A stretch of DNA of 64,000 nt from Mustelus asterias (taxonomy: Eukaryota). Positions 12,553 to 25,657 of this stretch are shown piece by piece. A program made the position numbers and the translations under genes. Location of the stretch: the NCBI RefSeq assembly GCF_964213995.1, contig NC_135807.1, positions 69,254,001 through 69,318,000 of the forward strand, given 5' to 3'. Every line of letters starts with the position of its first letter. The stretch's first letter is position 1. Under the pieces are notes generated by a model. That model saw only the letters and a list, made by a program, of their open reading frames with translations. It had not been told where the DNA came from and searched no databases.

Positions 12553-12826
12553 CATAGAAAGAAATCATAGAAACCCTACAGTACAGAAAGAGGCCATTCG
12601 GCTCATCGAGTCTTCACCGACCACAATCCCACCCAGGCCCTACCCCCATATCCCTATATATTTACCCACTAATCCCTCTAACCTACACATCTCAGGACAC
12701 TAAGGGCAATTTTTAGCATGGCCAATCCACCTAACCCGCACATCTTTGGACTGTGGGAGGAAACCGGAGCACCCGGAGGAAACCCACGCAGACACGAGGA
12801 GAATGTGCAAACTCCACACAGACATG
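12553..12826 (-). mobile_element. HE1-like SINE (CR1-tail variant), 5' truncated
   Basis: Reverse complement of the SINE core with a (TTCTATGA)-type tail and GATGAGCCGAATGGCCTC. Confidence 0.85.
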
Positions 12827-14454
12827 ACAATGAGCCCAGGACCTTGTGTTTTCCACCTTGGGCACCCCCTTTCCCTAAACCCTGTTTGATCCCCTACTCA
12901 AGGGGCAATGCAATGGCTGAAATTCAGTGCTCTTTGCCAAGGAGCTGTTGAGGCACACTGAGCAAGAATCTGAGGCTGGCTGGTCCGATGCAGTGAGGTT
13001 CAAGTTGTTGTATTTGGTGTGTCTCAAGCCTACTTCTAAAGGATAATGATTGTTCAGATTTCTAAGTCTATGTTAACATATTCCTTTAATAATTTATGAA
13101 TTATTTATTTTGTTTATATTTACAAACCTAATATTTTACATAGCATATAAGTTATATTGCTTGTTAATTTATACTTTGATATGTTGGAATTATATATATT
13201 GTGTAATATTTTATTATGTAGATTACAATAAATATTTCTGATGATTATCTTGCAATGAAGGAATTACAAAAGTGATTAATTCTGTCCATGAATGTAGATG
13301 TTCCACATGTTGTTATTTGTTGTGGCTATTCCACTAAAAGGACAGTCAGTAACCAATGCAGCATTTATTATTTTGATGTTGATTGCCCCTATTTCCACAT
13401 TATTCACATTGCAATGCCTCTGACGTACAGACTGGGGTTTCCTAAATACTTATGCAGCACAATGAAGGAGAAATGTTGACGGAATTACTTTCCACCCATT
13501 TTTGAAGTCTTTTAAATTCAGAATGTCAGTGCATTTCACACATTGGATGACTATCGGTTCTATTGAATGTTAGCCAAAGCCTGTACACTGCGAGATTTCA
13601 AAATGACATGGAGCGTAACATAACTCTTATTTGCCAGGGACAAAAAATTGACAGACATTCGGGAAGGCAGTGAGCAGGAATAGTCAAGGGATTGACAGTG
13701 ATGGTTTAGGCTAGCAGTTAACATGAAGTTAAGGCTAAAATGCACTCAGATTGGAGCTCGGAAAGTAAACAGCTTAACTTGTGTAAGAGGGGAGATTGGG
13801 AGAAAATAGGCTGAGGGTGGCAGCTCGTGGCCAAATCCCTGGCAATTTTGCCACACAAAGCAGGCTCACAGTAAAATTTCATTGGCAATAAAACAAACGG
13901 AACTCCAGCCATGATTGTACTCTCTGCAAGATGACTCTGGATGATAAAGACCCAGCTCATCTCATTCATACAGAATGACCTTAAAAGCTCCCCCAACACA
14001 GCATCCAATTGTCTCTGAAATGATTCCAGGGATTTCACCATTTCCTTTCTCGACCACATTTTGATTTAACTGACAGAAATGCTTCAACTAACGCTGCTTT
14101 AGCAGAATCTCACAAGGTTACAAATTGATGATTACAGCAAAGTTAGATCTTTCAACCTTAGTACCAATCAACAGAAACTTTTTTAAAAAGTACTACAACA
14201 ACTGAAGTATAACACCATATGTTAGTCAAAGCTGAGTTTACTTAACAGTATGGCTAGTCTGATGTTCAAACTTACAGTAGATTTAAATTCAAATTGCAGT
14301 CTATATTTCACATATCACTAGTTGATCTCCATACATGAGGCTGTCCTTTTGTCATGTTAGTATGTTAATCACACAGTGCTTCCTTGAATAGCATCTTACT
14401 TTGGATTTGAGCAGTTGGTATTCAAGAGGGTTTCAGGCAATCAGCACCCTAAGC

Positions 14455-14712
14455 CTGTCAATTAACCTCATTGTTCACCTCAATGCTTGGTCATGAACTA
14501 TCATTCTCCCAATCTCCTCTATTACACTATTCAAGTTTCCTTGACTCTAATACTGGGTCCATCACTGTCAATCCCCCGACTATTACTGCTCGCTGCCTTC
14601 CTGAATGTCTGTCAATTAACCTCATTGTTCACCTCAATGCTTGGTCATGAACTATCATTCTCCCAATCTCCTCTCTTACACTATTCAAGTTTCCTTGACT
14701 CTAATACTGGGT
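14455..14712 (+). repeat. Local direct repeat, ~103-bp unit, two copies (14455-14557 and 14609-14712)
   Basis: CTGTCAATTAACCTCATTGTTCACC...GACTCTAATACTGGG occurs twice, nearly identical. Confidence 0.9.
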
Positions 14713-14779
14713 GCATTTTTAGTCCTATTTTCATATCAAGTGTCAGTTTAAACCATCACATTTTGTGAGGAAAGTTGGG

Positions 14780-15135
14780 CAGGCTAGGCTTATATATACT
14801 GGAGTTTAGATGAGTAGAGACAACTTGATTGAAACAAGATCCCAAGGGGCCAAAAACAGAAAATTCCAGCAAGTCCGACAGCATCTGTGGAGAGAGAAAA
14901 CAGAGGCAACATTTCAAATCTGGATAACCTTTTGTCAGAGCCTCAGGGTTCTTGACAAGGTATTTGTGAAGAGGATGTTTCCTCTTGTGGGTGAATCCAG
15001 AACTAGGTGTCACAGTTTAAAAATAAGGGGTCACCCATTTAAGGCAGAGATGAGGATTTTTTTCTCTCGGAGGGTCATGGGTGTTTGGAACTATTCCTCA
15101 AAAAGCAGTGGAAGCAGAGTCTTTTATTATTTTCA
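14780..15135 (+). mobile_element. CR1 3'-end fragment, interrupted
   Basis: FPLVGESRTRCHSLKIRGHPFKAEMR.FFS.RV matches the CR1 ORF2 C-terminus. Confidence 0.75.
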
Positions 15136-15325
15136 ATCACATCAGCTATGATTTTATTTCTATTATTATTTTGTTTCATTTATATGTAGTTTCATGGTGT
15201 AATTTGGGCGGGTGTGGTGAATTTTGGAACACGATCTAATTTCCTCGGGCCTCTGTCCGATGTGTGGGAGGGGAAAATCACCATTCCTGTATCAGCTCTT
15301 TCTCAGGCTGACATCATGGAAAGAG

Positions 15326-15414
15326 CCGGCTCCAAGTGGAGAGGATCTCCAAGAAGATCGCGCATATCGACACAGACTTCAAGTTTCCCCAGTCCAACGC
15401 CGGCATCTCCACAT
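15326..15414 (+). mobile_element. ~90-bp rearranged Penelope-derived mini-insertion
   Basis: Contains CCCCAGTCCAACGCCGGCATCTCCACAT, shared with the PLE termini at 9837 and 38153. 14-bp TSD CATCATGGAAAGAG at 15312-15325 and 15415-15428. Confidence 0.7.
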
Positions 15415-16373
15415 CATCATGGAAAGAGGCAGGACTGGCTGAAGGATGTCACCAAATGGAACTCTTGCCAGTCTCACCTTTGATGTCCTAATGTAATGTA
15501 AGCTTGAAAGAAGCAAATTTACAATGCTTGCAAGATTATGAAAGTGGGGCCCACCCGATTTTTAAAGGCTAGTTTCCTCTCAGAAAGTGACTTACTACTG
15601 TAAGGAAATTTGACATTTATGAAAACGATATATTTTGTGACCAGCTTCACTCTTACACCAAACTTGCATCTCTGTTGCCAGTGCCACTGTGTTAATATTT
15701 GTGTCACAATTTCATAAAACCTGATTTAGGGGGACAATGTCTGCCTTTAAAAAGATAGGAAAATGACAAAAAATAATCAGTTCAACCATGGGTGATAACT
15801 TTGAAAGATCATGATCAATTTAGCAAATAAGTCAGTGATTATAATTGCTGAATATTAATTAGCTTGAGAAAAAACAGACTCCAAAGTATTCTTTTACTCT
15901 CTTCCTTTTGCTTGAATCAAGGTTAAGAATACATATTTTCTGAGAAAAATTCTCCGCCAAGATCTAAATGATTTATTAAGAAGTGATGTCCTCAAAGACC
16001 ATAACCCGTAAATGTAAGTTGTTCTTCACTTCTGACAACTTGAGCTGGTGTGAAGAGTTTAATTTGAAACATTTAGATATACGAGGAAGTTTAAATGCAT
16101 CGTGTTTTAAAAATCTTATACCTAGCTGCAGCATGAGCATGTGTTATCATTTAAAATACGGATCTTAATTAAATTTGTTTATGAGTCGTGAATTTCCAAT
16201 GTTCTGCTGTCTGTGCAATCTTGCTGCAGGATATAAAATTAATAACATCAGTGATACAAACCTGTGCACAACAGGCTGGATTTGGCAACTGACATTTTTA
16301 GTCAGTGAGAGGCAGCTGTCTTGATGACAACACAACGCACAGTTTTATGGAAAGATTATTCAAACTAGATAAC

Positions 16374-16643
16374 TAATAACTCCACAGAGGCGAAAGTCCC
16401 GTCACCAAGTTACTTTATTTACACCATACATCTGTACACAGCCAGTTCTCCAGTTGGTCCCTGCTGAATGCAGGCTGGGAGGCTGACACACCTGCTTTAA
16501 ATAGGGAGCATAAGACTCCCTGATTTAACCATCAATTAAGACATTTCTTTTCATACCAACCAAATAAACTAACTCAAATTAACTTAGGGAGACAGTTCAT
16601 ACTCTAGCAAGCCAACCTCAAAAGCCTGGCTGAAGTCATCACA
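16374..16643 (-). mobile_element. Short solo LTR-like element
   Basis: Minus strand starts TGTGATG and contains TATTTAAA and AATAAA in LTR order. Near-TSD ATAAC/ATAAT. Confidence 0.5.
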
Positions 16644-17117
16644 ATAATATACAAAATTTGATTAAACTTGTCTAAGCTACTCTCAGCATTCATCTCTCCC
16701 AAAAGAGTTTGGTAACTACCAATCCACATCTCTGTGTATTTTAGTTGATTTCTTTAAGAGATAATTGAGTTTTAAAGAGCTTTTTCGTGATTTTACATTT
16801 CAGTAGTTAATACTTGTCCTTAATGTTTTTGACTGTGCTTCGGCCATTTCCATTGTTGAATCCAAGACTCTCATGCAGTCCCCTTCCTTGTTGCTATTTT
16901 GTAACTTACACCTAACAGAGTGTTAAGAGTGGAATTTGTTTTGATGTCCTCATTGGATTGCACTGTTACATTAGATGAGGGAAATTTCATGAGGAGGTGT
17001 GACATGCAGGTGTGGCAATACCTTTAGACATATGATGACGTTGTATTGTAGTTGTATGTGTTCCTGCACACAGCACCAGTGTTCACTCCCTCAAGCCTGT
17101 TTATACTTAACACCAGA

Positions 17118-17262
17118 TTTTAGTTTAATTTATTTATTAGTGTCACAAGTAGGCTTGCATTAACACTGCAATTAAGTTACTGTGAAAATTCCCTAGTCGC
17201 CACTAGTGGCCTGTTCGGGTACACAGAGAGAATTTATCATGGCTAGTGCACCTAACCAACAT
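17118..17262 (-). mobile_element. HE1-like SINE 3' fragment
   Basis: Reverse complement of the tail seen at 7870-8000. Confidence 0.75.
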
Positions 17263-17864
17263 GTATTTAATTATATTATCTGGGAGCCCATATGTTCACT
17301 ATTGTCTCAAAAAGAAGTGTTTTCTTTTCATGTATAAGCTTGCTTTCAGCTTATGGGCATTTTATGTCCTGTAGTCATTTGCTCATTTTCCAAAAAACAA
17401 AGATCAGAATTTCACGTTCATTCGATGAAAGTTTACAGGCGGAAAGGTTCTAATAATTCCTCGGTTCACCTTCCTTCCAGCCTCCCGCCCACCCAGACCT
17501 CTCTGCAATTTTACAGCGGAAAGGGTGAGGCCTAGGCTTGCACACCATCCTTGCTCCAATTGCCATTAAGTGGCCATTTAATAACCACTTAAGGACCATT
17601 TTCCAGGCAGCCTCAATTTTCAGGATGGTGGGGGTTCAGAGGCATGGGGAAACGCAGAAAGTCATCCTGCTCAGGTCTTGGCCTCCATCAACAGCCTCCT
17701 TTCAACATCCCCTCCATGACCTGAGACCGCCATACTTACCTGGTCCTGGACTCCAGGACTTAGATCATGGTGAGAGCTTATTAGTCCCATCTCTGTCCAT
17801 TGCAGCTTCTGGTGTTACTGGGACTCGACATCTGCTGGTCAATCAGAATGGCCAGAATTGACAC

Positions 17865-18957
17865 AGCTCAGCCTTGAACACCATTATTCTTACAAAACTC
17901 ATCTCCAAACTCTGTGGTCTGGGGCTCGGCTCCTCCCTTTGTGACTGGATCCAAGACTTCCTAACCCACAAACTACAATTAGTACGGATAGGTGACAACA
18001 CTTCATCCACAATCACCCTCAACACCGGTGCCCCACAGGGATGTGTCCTTAGCCCCTTCCTATACTCCTTATGATTGTGTAGCCAAATTCCGCTCCAACT
18101 CGATTTTCAAGTTTGCTGACAACACCACCTAAGTGGGTCGGATCTCAAACAATGATGAGACAGAGTACAGGAAAGAGACAGAGAATCTGGTGTGACGACA
18201 ATAATCTCTCCCTCAATGTCAACAAAATGAAGGTGCAAGTCATCAACTTCAGGAAGCATAGGGGAGGACATGCCCCTGTCTACATCAACAGGGACGAAGT
18301 GGAAATGGTCGAGAGCTTCACGTTTTTAGGTGTCCAGATCACCAACAACCCTGTCCTCGTCCCTCCATGCTGACGCTAAAGTTAAGAAAGCCCACCAAAG
18401 CCTCTACTTTCTCAGGAGGCTAAGAAAATATGGCATGTCTGCTACGACTCTCACCAACTTTTACAGATGCACCATAAAAAGCGTTCTTTCTGGTTGTATC
18501 ACAGCTTGGTATGGGTCCTGCTCTGCCCAAGACTGCAAAAAACTACAAAGGGCTGTGAACAAAGCCCAGTCCATCATGCAAATCAGTCTGCACATCCATT
18601 GACACTGTCTACACTTCCCACTGCCTCGGAAAAGCAGCCAGCATAATCAAGGACCCCACACACCCTGGACATACTCTCTTCCACCTTTTTCCATCGGGAA
18701 AAAGATACAAAAGTCTGAGGACACGTACCAACCAACTCAAGAACCGTTTCTTCCCTGCTGCCATCAGACTTTTGAATGGACCTACCTCACATTAAGTTGA
18801 CCTTTCTCTACACTCTAGCTATGAGTGTAACACTGCATTCTACACTCTCTCCTTTCCTTCTCTATGTACGGTATGGTTTGTCTATATGGTGCGCAAGAAA
18901 CAATACTTTTCACTGTATATTGATACATGAGATAATAATAAATCAAATCAAATCAAA
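17865..18957 (+). mobile_element. Rex1/Babar-type LINE 3' part (decayed RT)
   Basis: [20 protein letters not shown] and KKAHQ.LYFLRRLRK motifs; tail AATAAATCAAATCAAATCAAAT. Confidence 0.85.
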
Positions 18958-19014
18958 TGGCTGGCAGTGCTCTGATGCAGGACTTCCTTCTGAGTGAATG
19001 TTAGAAATAAGGGC

Positions 19015-19525
19015 ACAAGGCACAAGTGATGAAATACTCTACACTTGCCTGGAAGAGTGCAGCTGCATCAACACTCAAAAGGCTTGTCATTATCCAGGAC
19101 AAAGCAGTCTGATTACTACCTCTTCCACAAACATTCACTCCCATCACCATCGATAAACTGACAGCAATGTGTACCATCTACAAGATGCACTGCAAGAACT
19201 CACCAAAGCTCCTCAGGTAGCACCTTCCAAACCCACGACTGCTACCACTTAGAAGGACAAGAGCAGTAGATACATGGGAACACCACCACCTGGAGGTTCC
19301 CCTCCAAATCACTCACTATCCTGATTTGGAAATATATCGTCGTTCCTTCACTGTTACTGGGTCAATATCCTGGAACTCCTTCCCTAACAGCGTGGTGAGT
19401 GTACCTACTGCACATTGACTGCAGCAGTTCAAGCAAGCAGCTCCCCACTACCTTTTCAAGGGCAATTAGGGATGGGCAATAAATGTTGGCCTAGGCAGTG
19501 ATGTCCACATCCCATAAGTTAATTT
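19015..19525 (+). mobile_element. Old CR1/L2-group LINE 3' end
   Basis: Same family as 34960-35490 (MEYS...AAPTTLKKLDTIQDKAA), decayed. Confidence 0.7.
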
Positions 19526-21279
19526 CAAAACATTTTATGGGGTTGAATTTAGCTGAGGTAATGTGACCAAACCACTTGGTGTACTTGAGAACTGCTCTCA
19601 CCATTGGCCTCAAAAATATCAACATTGATTATTTTGTCTTTAATCTCATATCCTCCAGGTGGCCGACACACCACATTAACCACATGATAACTATCTCCCA
19701 CTTTCAGAGAATGTTCATGGATCACTTCAAATCCTGATTTTTTTTTCAGCCTCAGCACATATGGTGTTTGTGACGGTGTGTTTTAGGTGAATTAATTGGT
19801 GAATCTCCTCCAAGGTTTGCTCCTGCTCCGGGAAAATGTTTAATCCGCAGGTCTGCAATACGTCAGGCCATTAGTTGGGATTCATTTGACCTATTGCTAC
19901 ATGTTGGTCACACCCAGATGACACTTGAGAACCACAATTTACAGGTCACTGGTTTTCTTCAGTGACACTTGGATATTCTTGCTTTTCTAGTTATTATTGT
20001 TCATTAAACCTTTACTATTTTAATTATTTTTAATTTTTAAAATCTCTTTTGGATGAACCAACCTTTCTGAAAGTTTCATAGCACCAGACCTTACACAGGA
20101 GGCGTTTCTTAAATACTGCTAAGTGCTGTGCTTCACTGAATTTAACAGTTCCCACGGACCCATGTTAAAGTAAAAGCTCTTAATATAATACAAAGCTTCG
20201 CTGTTATCTACCCTTCAATTTACCACAATAAAATCCCTCTGTCACATAGCTGAAGATCATCAAGCATTTCTATAATTAACTGTCTATAAAGCTTTGTTTG
20301 ATTGGCAAGTTTAAGGATATTTAAGATCAATGTCATTTAATGAAGGAAAACCAGCTACAATGGAGCTGAAAAGCTGTCTGTTTAATGAGGGCAGGACAGA
20401 CAATCTATAAATGTGTTCTACCAGCCAGGATTTGGAAAATGCACAGTTGTATCTGTGATTTCCCCTGTGAGTTTCTAAATTGATTTTACTGCCTGGGGCA
20501 AGCAATTAACACCACACATGGCCAGAAGGAAACAATAAAGTTGGAAATCAACTCAATCAGCTCCAGTCTTCACTTCCAGATTCATCACTCCATGGTGTCA
20601 ATTAAACTCAGCATCTCAATTGAGGTAATAATGCATTCTATGGAAGGGCCTGTGAAGGGTAAAAAAAGTAAAAAGAAACTGCCATAAAACCTATGTACTT
20701 TACAACTTTAAGGAAAAGAATTACTATTTAAGTATTAATATTAGAAATTTGGTTATTTGACAATTCAGAAGCTTATTTTATGAGTACCTTTGGTATGCAT
20801 ATTAAAGAGTTCTAAGTTTGATTCCTGATCTGTGGTGAGTTTTAGCTGGGGTTATTGTAGGGCATTTAATTGGCCTCTGGATATTCCGAGATTAGGAAAA
20901 GGAAAATAACCCAAGGTAACCACTTGTTGCTTAGCAACTGGTGCTGTAAGTGTTTGTGTATTGCGTTTGGCTGCAATACTGTCCCGAATTGCATAACATG
21001 CTAGTTCTCACTGTTAAGGCCCACAAATTGAATAATGGCTATTTTGGTGACACCCCAGATGGCTATTATTCAGAAAGGACACGGACTGTGTTGATTCAGT
21101 AAGGGATTAGGGAACATTTGTATATAAACAATATTTGTAACTTTACTGCAAGTACTTTCCTAAATTCATGCATTTTTTTGAGGGACTCTCAAACTCTCAA
21201 GTTGACCTCAAGCAAGGGAGTATATGAAAGAATGGTCTAGATCTTCCGATTACCGGAGAGTCAGAGACTGGATGTGCAT

Positions 21280-22130
21280 TGACTCCCTGCTCCCAACAGC
21301 CCTGACCCCCCCACTCTCCGCACTGACCTGACCTGACTAGCCCCAACCCCACTTGACTGGCCCCCATCACCCGATTCCACACTGACCCCCAACCTGGCCT
21401 GACACAATCTCACCATCTCACTCTCTCTGACCCAACCTGACTAGCCCCCATCGCCCTCCCAGCTGGCCTGAATACCCCCAGCCCACATTCCCCACCTCCC
21501 ACCCTACACACTCCCACTTCATTACCTCAGCTACCTACGCACATCATCCTAATGATGATCATCCTCCCTGCCACTCAACCCACCTGCGGCTATTCTACCA
21601 CCTCACCCACCTATCACCCTACTACTTCACCTACCTGCTGCTTTCCCAATGACCTACCACACTGCCCACTCACCACACGATCACATGCTACCCTGCCACC
21701 TCACTCATCTACCACTCTACACACCTACTCACCTCATCCACTTAGCATCCTACCCACCTCATCCATCTACCACCTAAGCACCTGACACGCTATCCACCTA
21801 TCACCATAGCTCGCTTCCATCCTGCTACCCTGCCCACATACCCTTCCGCGACCGCTGGGCACCGCAGGGGCTGGGGTGTATTATCGACCCTGATAATCAC
21901 CTTTTGGTTTGATGTTTTAAGTTTCCTTTCGACTTTGTTTTTGGTTCGGGCTGTTCCCCCTTCCTTTTGGGGAGCTGCCCCTTTTAATTTGTCCCTAAGT
22001 TAATTTGAGTTCGTTTACTTGGTTGGTGTTGAAAGAAATGCCCACATACCACCCTTCCCAGCTGCTACCCTTTCACCTTACCCAATTACCTCATTCACTC
22101 TCCCTCCTTAATCTCCCCACCCTCTTACAC
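21280..22130 (+). repeat. C/A-rich low-complexity tract (CCAC/CTAC-type)
   Basis: Strong C/A skew with degenerate CACCCACCTAC repeats. Confidence 0.7.
21843..22038 (+). mobile_element. 3' end of a Tx1/L1-clade LINE
   Basis: Translates FRDRWAPQGLGCIIDPDNHLLV*, followed by a T-rich 3'UTR ending GAAAGAAA. Perfect 12-bp TSD TGCCCACATACC at 21831-21842 and 22039-22050. Confidence 0.75.
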
Positions 22131-22187
22131 ACTTAATTTCTCGCCACAGCTTTTCAAAGAAACTTTGGAATATTTAATCTCGACATG

Positions 22188-22402
22188 GGAGAGCCAGGTA
22201 GGTCAGTTGGCTGGATGCAGATTGATGCCAATAGCGTGGATCCAATTCCTGTACCCACTGAGGTTATTCATGAAAGCCCCGCCTTCTCAACCTTGTCCCT
22301 TGCCTGAGGTGTGGTGATACCCAGGTCAAAATCACCACCAGTCAGCTCTCCCTCTTCAAAGGGGAGATCAGCCTATGGTCATCAGGGACTATGGCGACTT
22401 TG
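22188..22402 (+). mobile_element. Second tRNA-related SINE family
   Basis: Degenerate A box (GTAGGTCAGTTGG) and B-like box (GGATCCAATTCC), with a unique body ending GACTATGGCGACTTT. Confidence 0.5.
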
Positions 22403-23641
22403 CTCACAGAATACAACATCTCGTGCCGTAAGAAGGGTGTGTGGTTTCTGTATGGATTCCCTTTGCTGATGTCTCTGAGGTTTCCCACACTGACTGAGCT
22501 CTGCAGGATTCTCCATTGGAAGCTTTCCCTGAAAAATCAGAAGAAGGTAAGTGTTTTTTTTATGTCTGATCAGAGTCAGAAATAAGTATTCCCCTCCTAA
22601 TCTGGTAGATTTAGACCAATACATTTAACTAATGGCAGATAGGTTGAATATTATTGTTAGCTTTAGGTTCCAGTTAACTCAGGAAACATCGGTTCAATGC
22701 ACTACTTTATGAGTCAAAGTCCGTGCAAACTCAGTTGAACATTAATGACCTTTGGGGATGCATGACGCAGTTTCAAAACTTGGATAAAAACAGAAAGTTC
22801 TGATTAAACTCAACAGGTCTGGCAGCATCAGTAGCGAGAAACAGAGTTAGTGTTTCGGGACTAAATGATCCTTCCACAGAACTGAATCAAGGTAGAAGTG
22901 TACAGAATTATATAATTGGAACGAGAGTGGAAGATGTGGGGCAGAATAGAAGACCAGGATTTTGGGGCAAATCCAGAAGCATTGCAACCACAGCCTTGAG
23001 TATCTTGAGTAGTGTTGAGTCACCAGATCCTTGAGCCTCCCTGAATGTATGTGGTAGCTCACCAAAAACCTCCAAGATCAAGCCACAGCACGACCACAAA
23101 CACTGTCAGAGTAGAAAGCAAAAGTAAATCAAAAGCACCCCAAGTGCAAGTTGGTTGCCTGATCCTTCAATAAAGCTAGTGAGATGTGCTGCTGACTCAT
23201 GTTCAATTGAGGGTGATTAGTACCTGTATTCAGTAGACATTTGCAGACCAAGTTTATGAAGCATGCATCAAATCTGCTAGAATGGCTTGCAGGACATATC
23301 AAAAATGACTGGCAGCATAACCAGCACCTTTTTAGGACTTTGGGGATTTTGTAGCACCAAGACCAGCTCAAAATCACTATCAGATTCTCCAACAGGGGTC
23401 AAATGGAAATTCATGTGTAATTAAATGTGTGCACATTAGCAGAGGAAACTAAATGTTCACCTGAAAAGTGAAAAGGAAACAAGCAAGGATACTAAACATT
23501 CTATGAACCAAAGTAGTCCCATTGTTGTCTATATTTTCACACAACTGATGCATGATTCACCTCATACAACATAGAGAAATAACAACTGAAAGTCCAATCT
23601 GAACAAGAATCAACATATATGCAGCTCCTAAACAATGATGT

Positions 23642-25657
23642 CTGGATGACTCGTGATATTGCGGCCCTGGTCAAGAAGAAGAAAGAGGCACATGACATGC
23701 ATAGGCAGCTGGGATCAAGTGAATCTCTTGAAGAGTATAGGGGGTGTAGGTGTAGAGTTAAGAGAGAAATCAGGAGAGCAAAAAGGAGACACGAAATTGT
23801 TTTGGCAGATAAGGCAAAAGAGAATCCAAAGAGCTTCTACAAATACATAAAGGGCAAAAGAGTAACAAGGGAGAGAGTAGGGCCTCTTAAGGATCAACAA
23901 GGTCATCTATATGCAGATCCACAAGAGATGGGTGAGATCCTAAATGAATATTTCTCATCAGTATTTACTGTTGAGAAAAGCATGGATGTTAGTGAACTTG
24001 GGGAAATAAATAGTGATGTCTTGAGGAGTGTACATATAACAGAGAAAGAGGTGCTGGAAGTCTTAAAGCGCATCAAGGTAGATAAATCGCCGGGACCTGA
24101 TGAAGTATATCCCAGGACGTTGTGGGAGGCTAGGGAGGAAATTGCGGGTCCCCTAGCCGAGATATTTGAATCATCGATAGTCACAGGTGAGGTGCCTGAA
24201 GATTGGAGAGTGGCAAATGTTGTGCCTTTGTTTAAAAAGGGCTGCAGGGAAAAGCCTGGCAACGACAGGCCAGTGAGCCTCACATCTGTGGTGGGTAAAT
24301 TGTTGGAAGGTATTTTGAGAGACAGGATCTACAGGCATTTAGAGACGCAAGGACTGATTAGGGACAGTCAGCATGGCTTTGTGAGTGGAAAATCATGTTT
24401 CACAAATTTAATTGAGTTTTTTGAAGGGGTAGCCAAGAAGGTAGATGAGGGCAGTGCAGTTGATGTTGTCTACATGGACTTTAGCAAGGCCTTTGACAAG
24501 GTACCGCATGGTAGGTTGTTGCATAAAGTTAAATCTCACGGGATCCAGGGTGAGGTATCTAAATGGATACAAAATTGACTTCTTGACAGAAGCCAGAGGA
24601 TGGTTGTAGAGAGTTGTTTTTCAAACTGGAGGTCTGTGACCAGCGGTGTGCCTCAGGGATCAGTGCTGGGCCCACTGTTATTTGTCATTTATATTAATGA
24701 TTTGGATGAGAATATAGGGGGCATGGTTAGTAAGTTTGCAGATGACACCAAGATTGGTGGCATAGTAGACAGTGAAGAAAGTTATCTCCAATTGCAACGG
24801 GATCTTGATCAATTGGGCCAGTGGGCTGACGAATGGCAGATGGAGTTTAATTTAGACAAATGCGAGGTGATGCATTTTGGTAGATTGAACCAGGGCAGGA
24901 CTTACTCAGTTAATGGTAGGGCGTTGGGGAGAGTTACAGAACAAAGAGATCTAGGGGTACATGTTCATAGCTCCTTGAAAGTGGAGTCACAGGTGGACAG
25001 AGTGGTGAAGAAGGTATTTGGCATGCTTGGTTTCATCGGTCAGAACATTGAATACGGGAGTTGGGATGTCTTGTTGAAGTTGTACAAGACGTTGGTAAGG
25101 CCGCACTTGGAATACTGTGTGCAATTCTGGTCACCCTATTATAGAAAGAATATTATTAAACTAGAAAGAGTGCAGAAAAGATTTACTAGGATGCTACCGG
25201 GACTTGATGGATTGAGTTAAAAGGAGAGGCTGAATAGACTGGGACTTTTTTCTCTGGAGCATAGGAGGCTGAGGGGTGACCTTATAGAGGTCCATAAAAT
25301 AATGAGGGGCATAGACAAGGTAGATAGTTAATATTTTTTCCCAAAGGTAGTGGAGTCTAAAACTAGAGGGCATAGGTTTAAGGTGAGAGGGGAGAGATGC
25401 AAAAGTGTCCAGAGGGGCAATGTTTTCACACAGAGGGTGGTGAGTGTCTGGAACAAGCTGCCAGAGGTAGTAGTAGAGGCGGGTACAATTTTATCTTTTA
25501 AAAAGCATTTAGATAGTTACAAGGGTACGATGGGTATCGAGGGATATGGGCCAAATGCAGGCAATTGGGATTAGCTTAGGGATTTTTAAAAAAAAGGCGG
25601 CATGGACAAGTTGGGCCGAAGGGCCTGTTTCCATGCTGTAAACCTCTATGACTCTAT
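23642..25657 (+). mobile_element. 5'-truncated CR1 LINE (RT domain and 3' tail)
   Basis: ORFs 23619..24578 and 24600..25220 contain [31 protein letters not shown] and KFADDTK, with in-frame stops. Tail (CTATGA)n; candidate TSD AATGATGT at 23634 and 25658. Confidence 0.95.

Noticed and set aside
14455-14712. Repeat-spacer-repeat as a CRISPR-like array
   Set aside because: Only two ~103-bp units in a vertebrate context; a simple local duplication.
20790-21110. Possible ancient LF-SINE-like element (…AATTGGCCTC… core)
   Set aside because: Only a short resemblance from memory; boundaries and identity cannot be supported.
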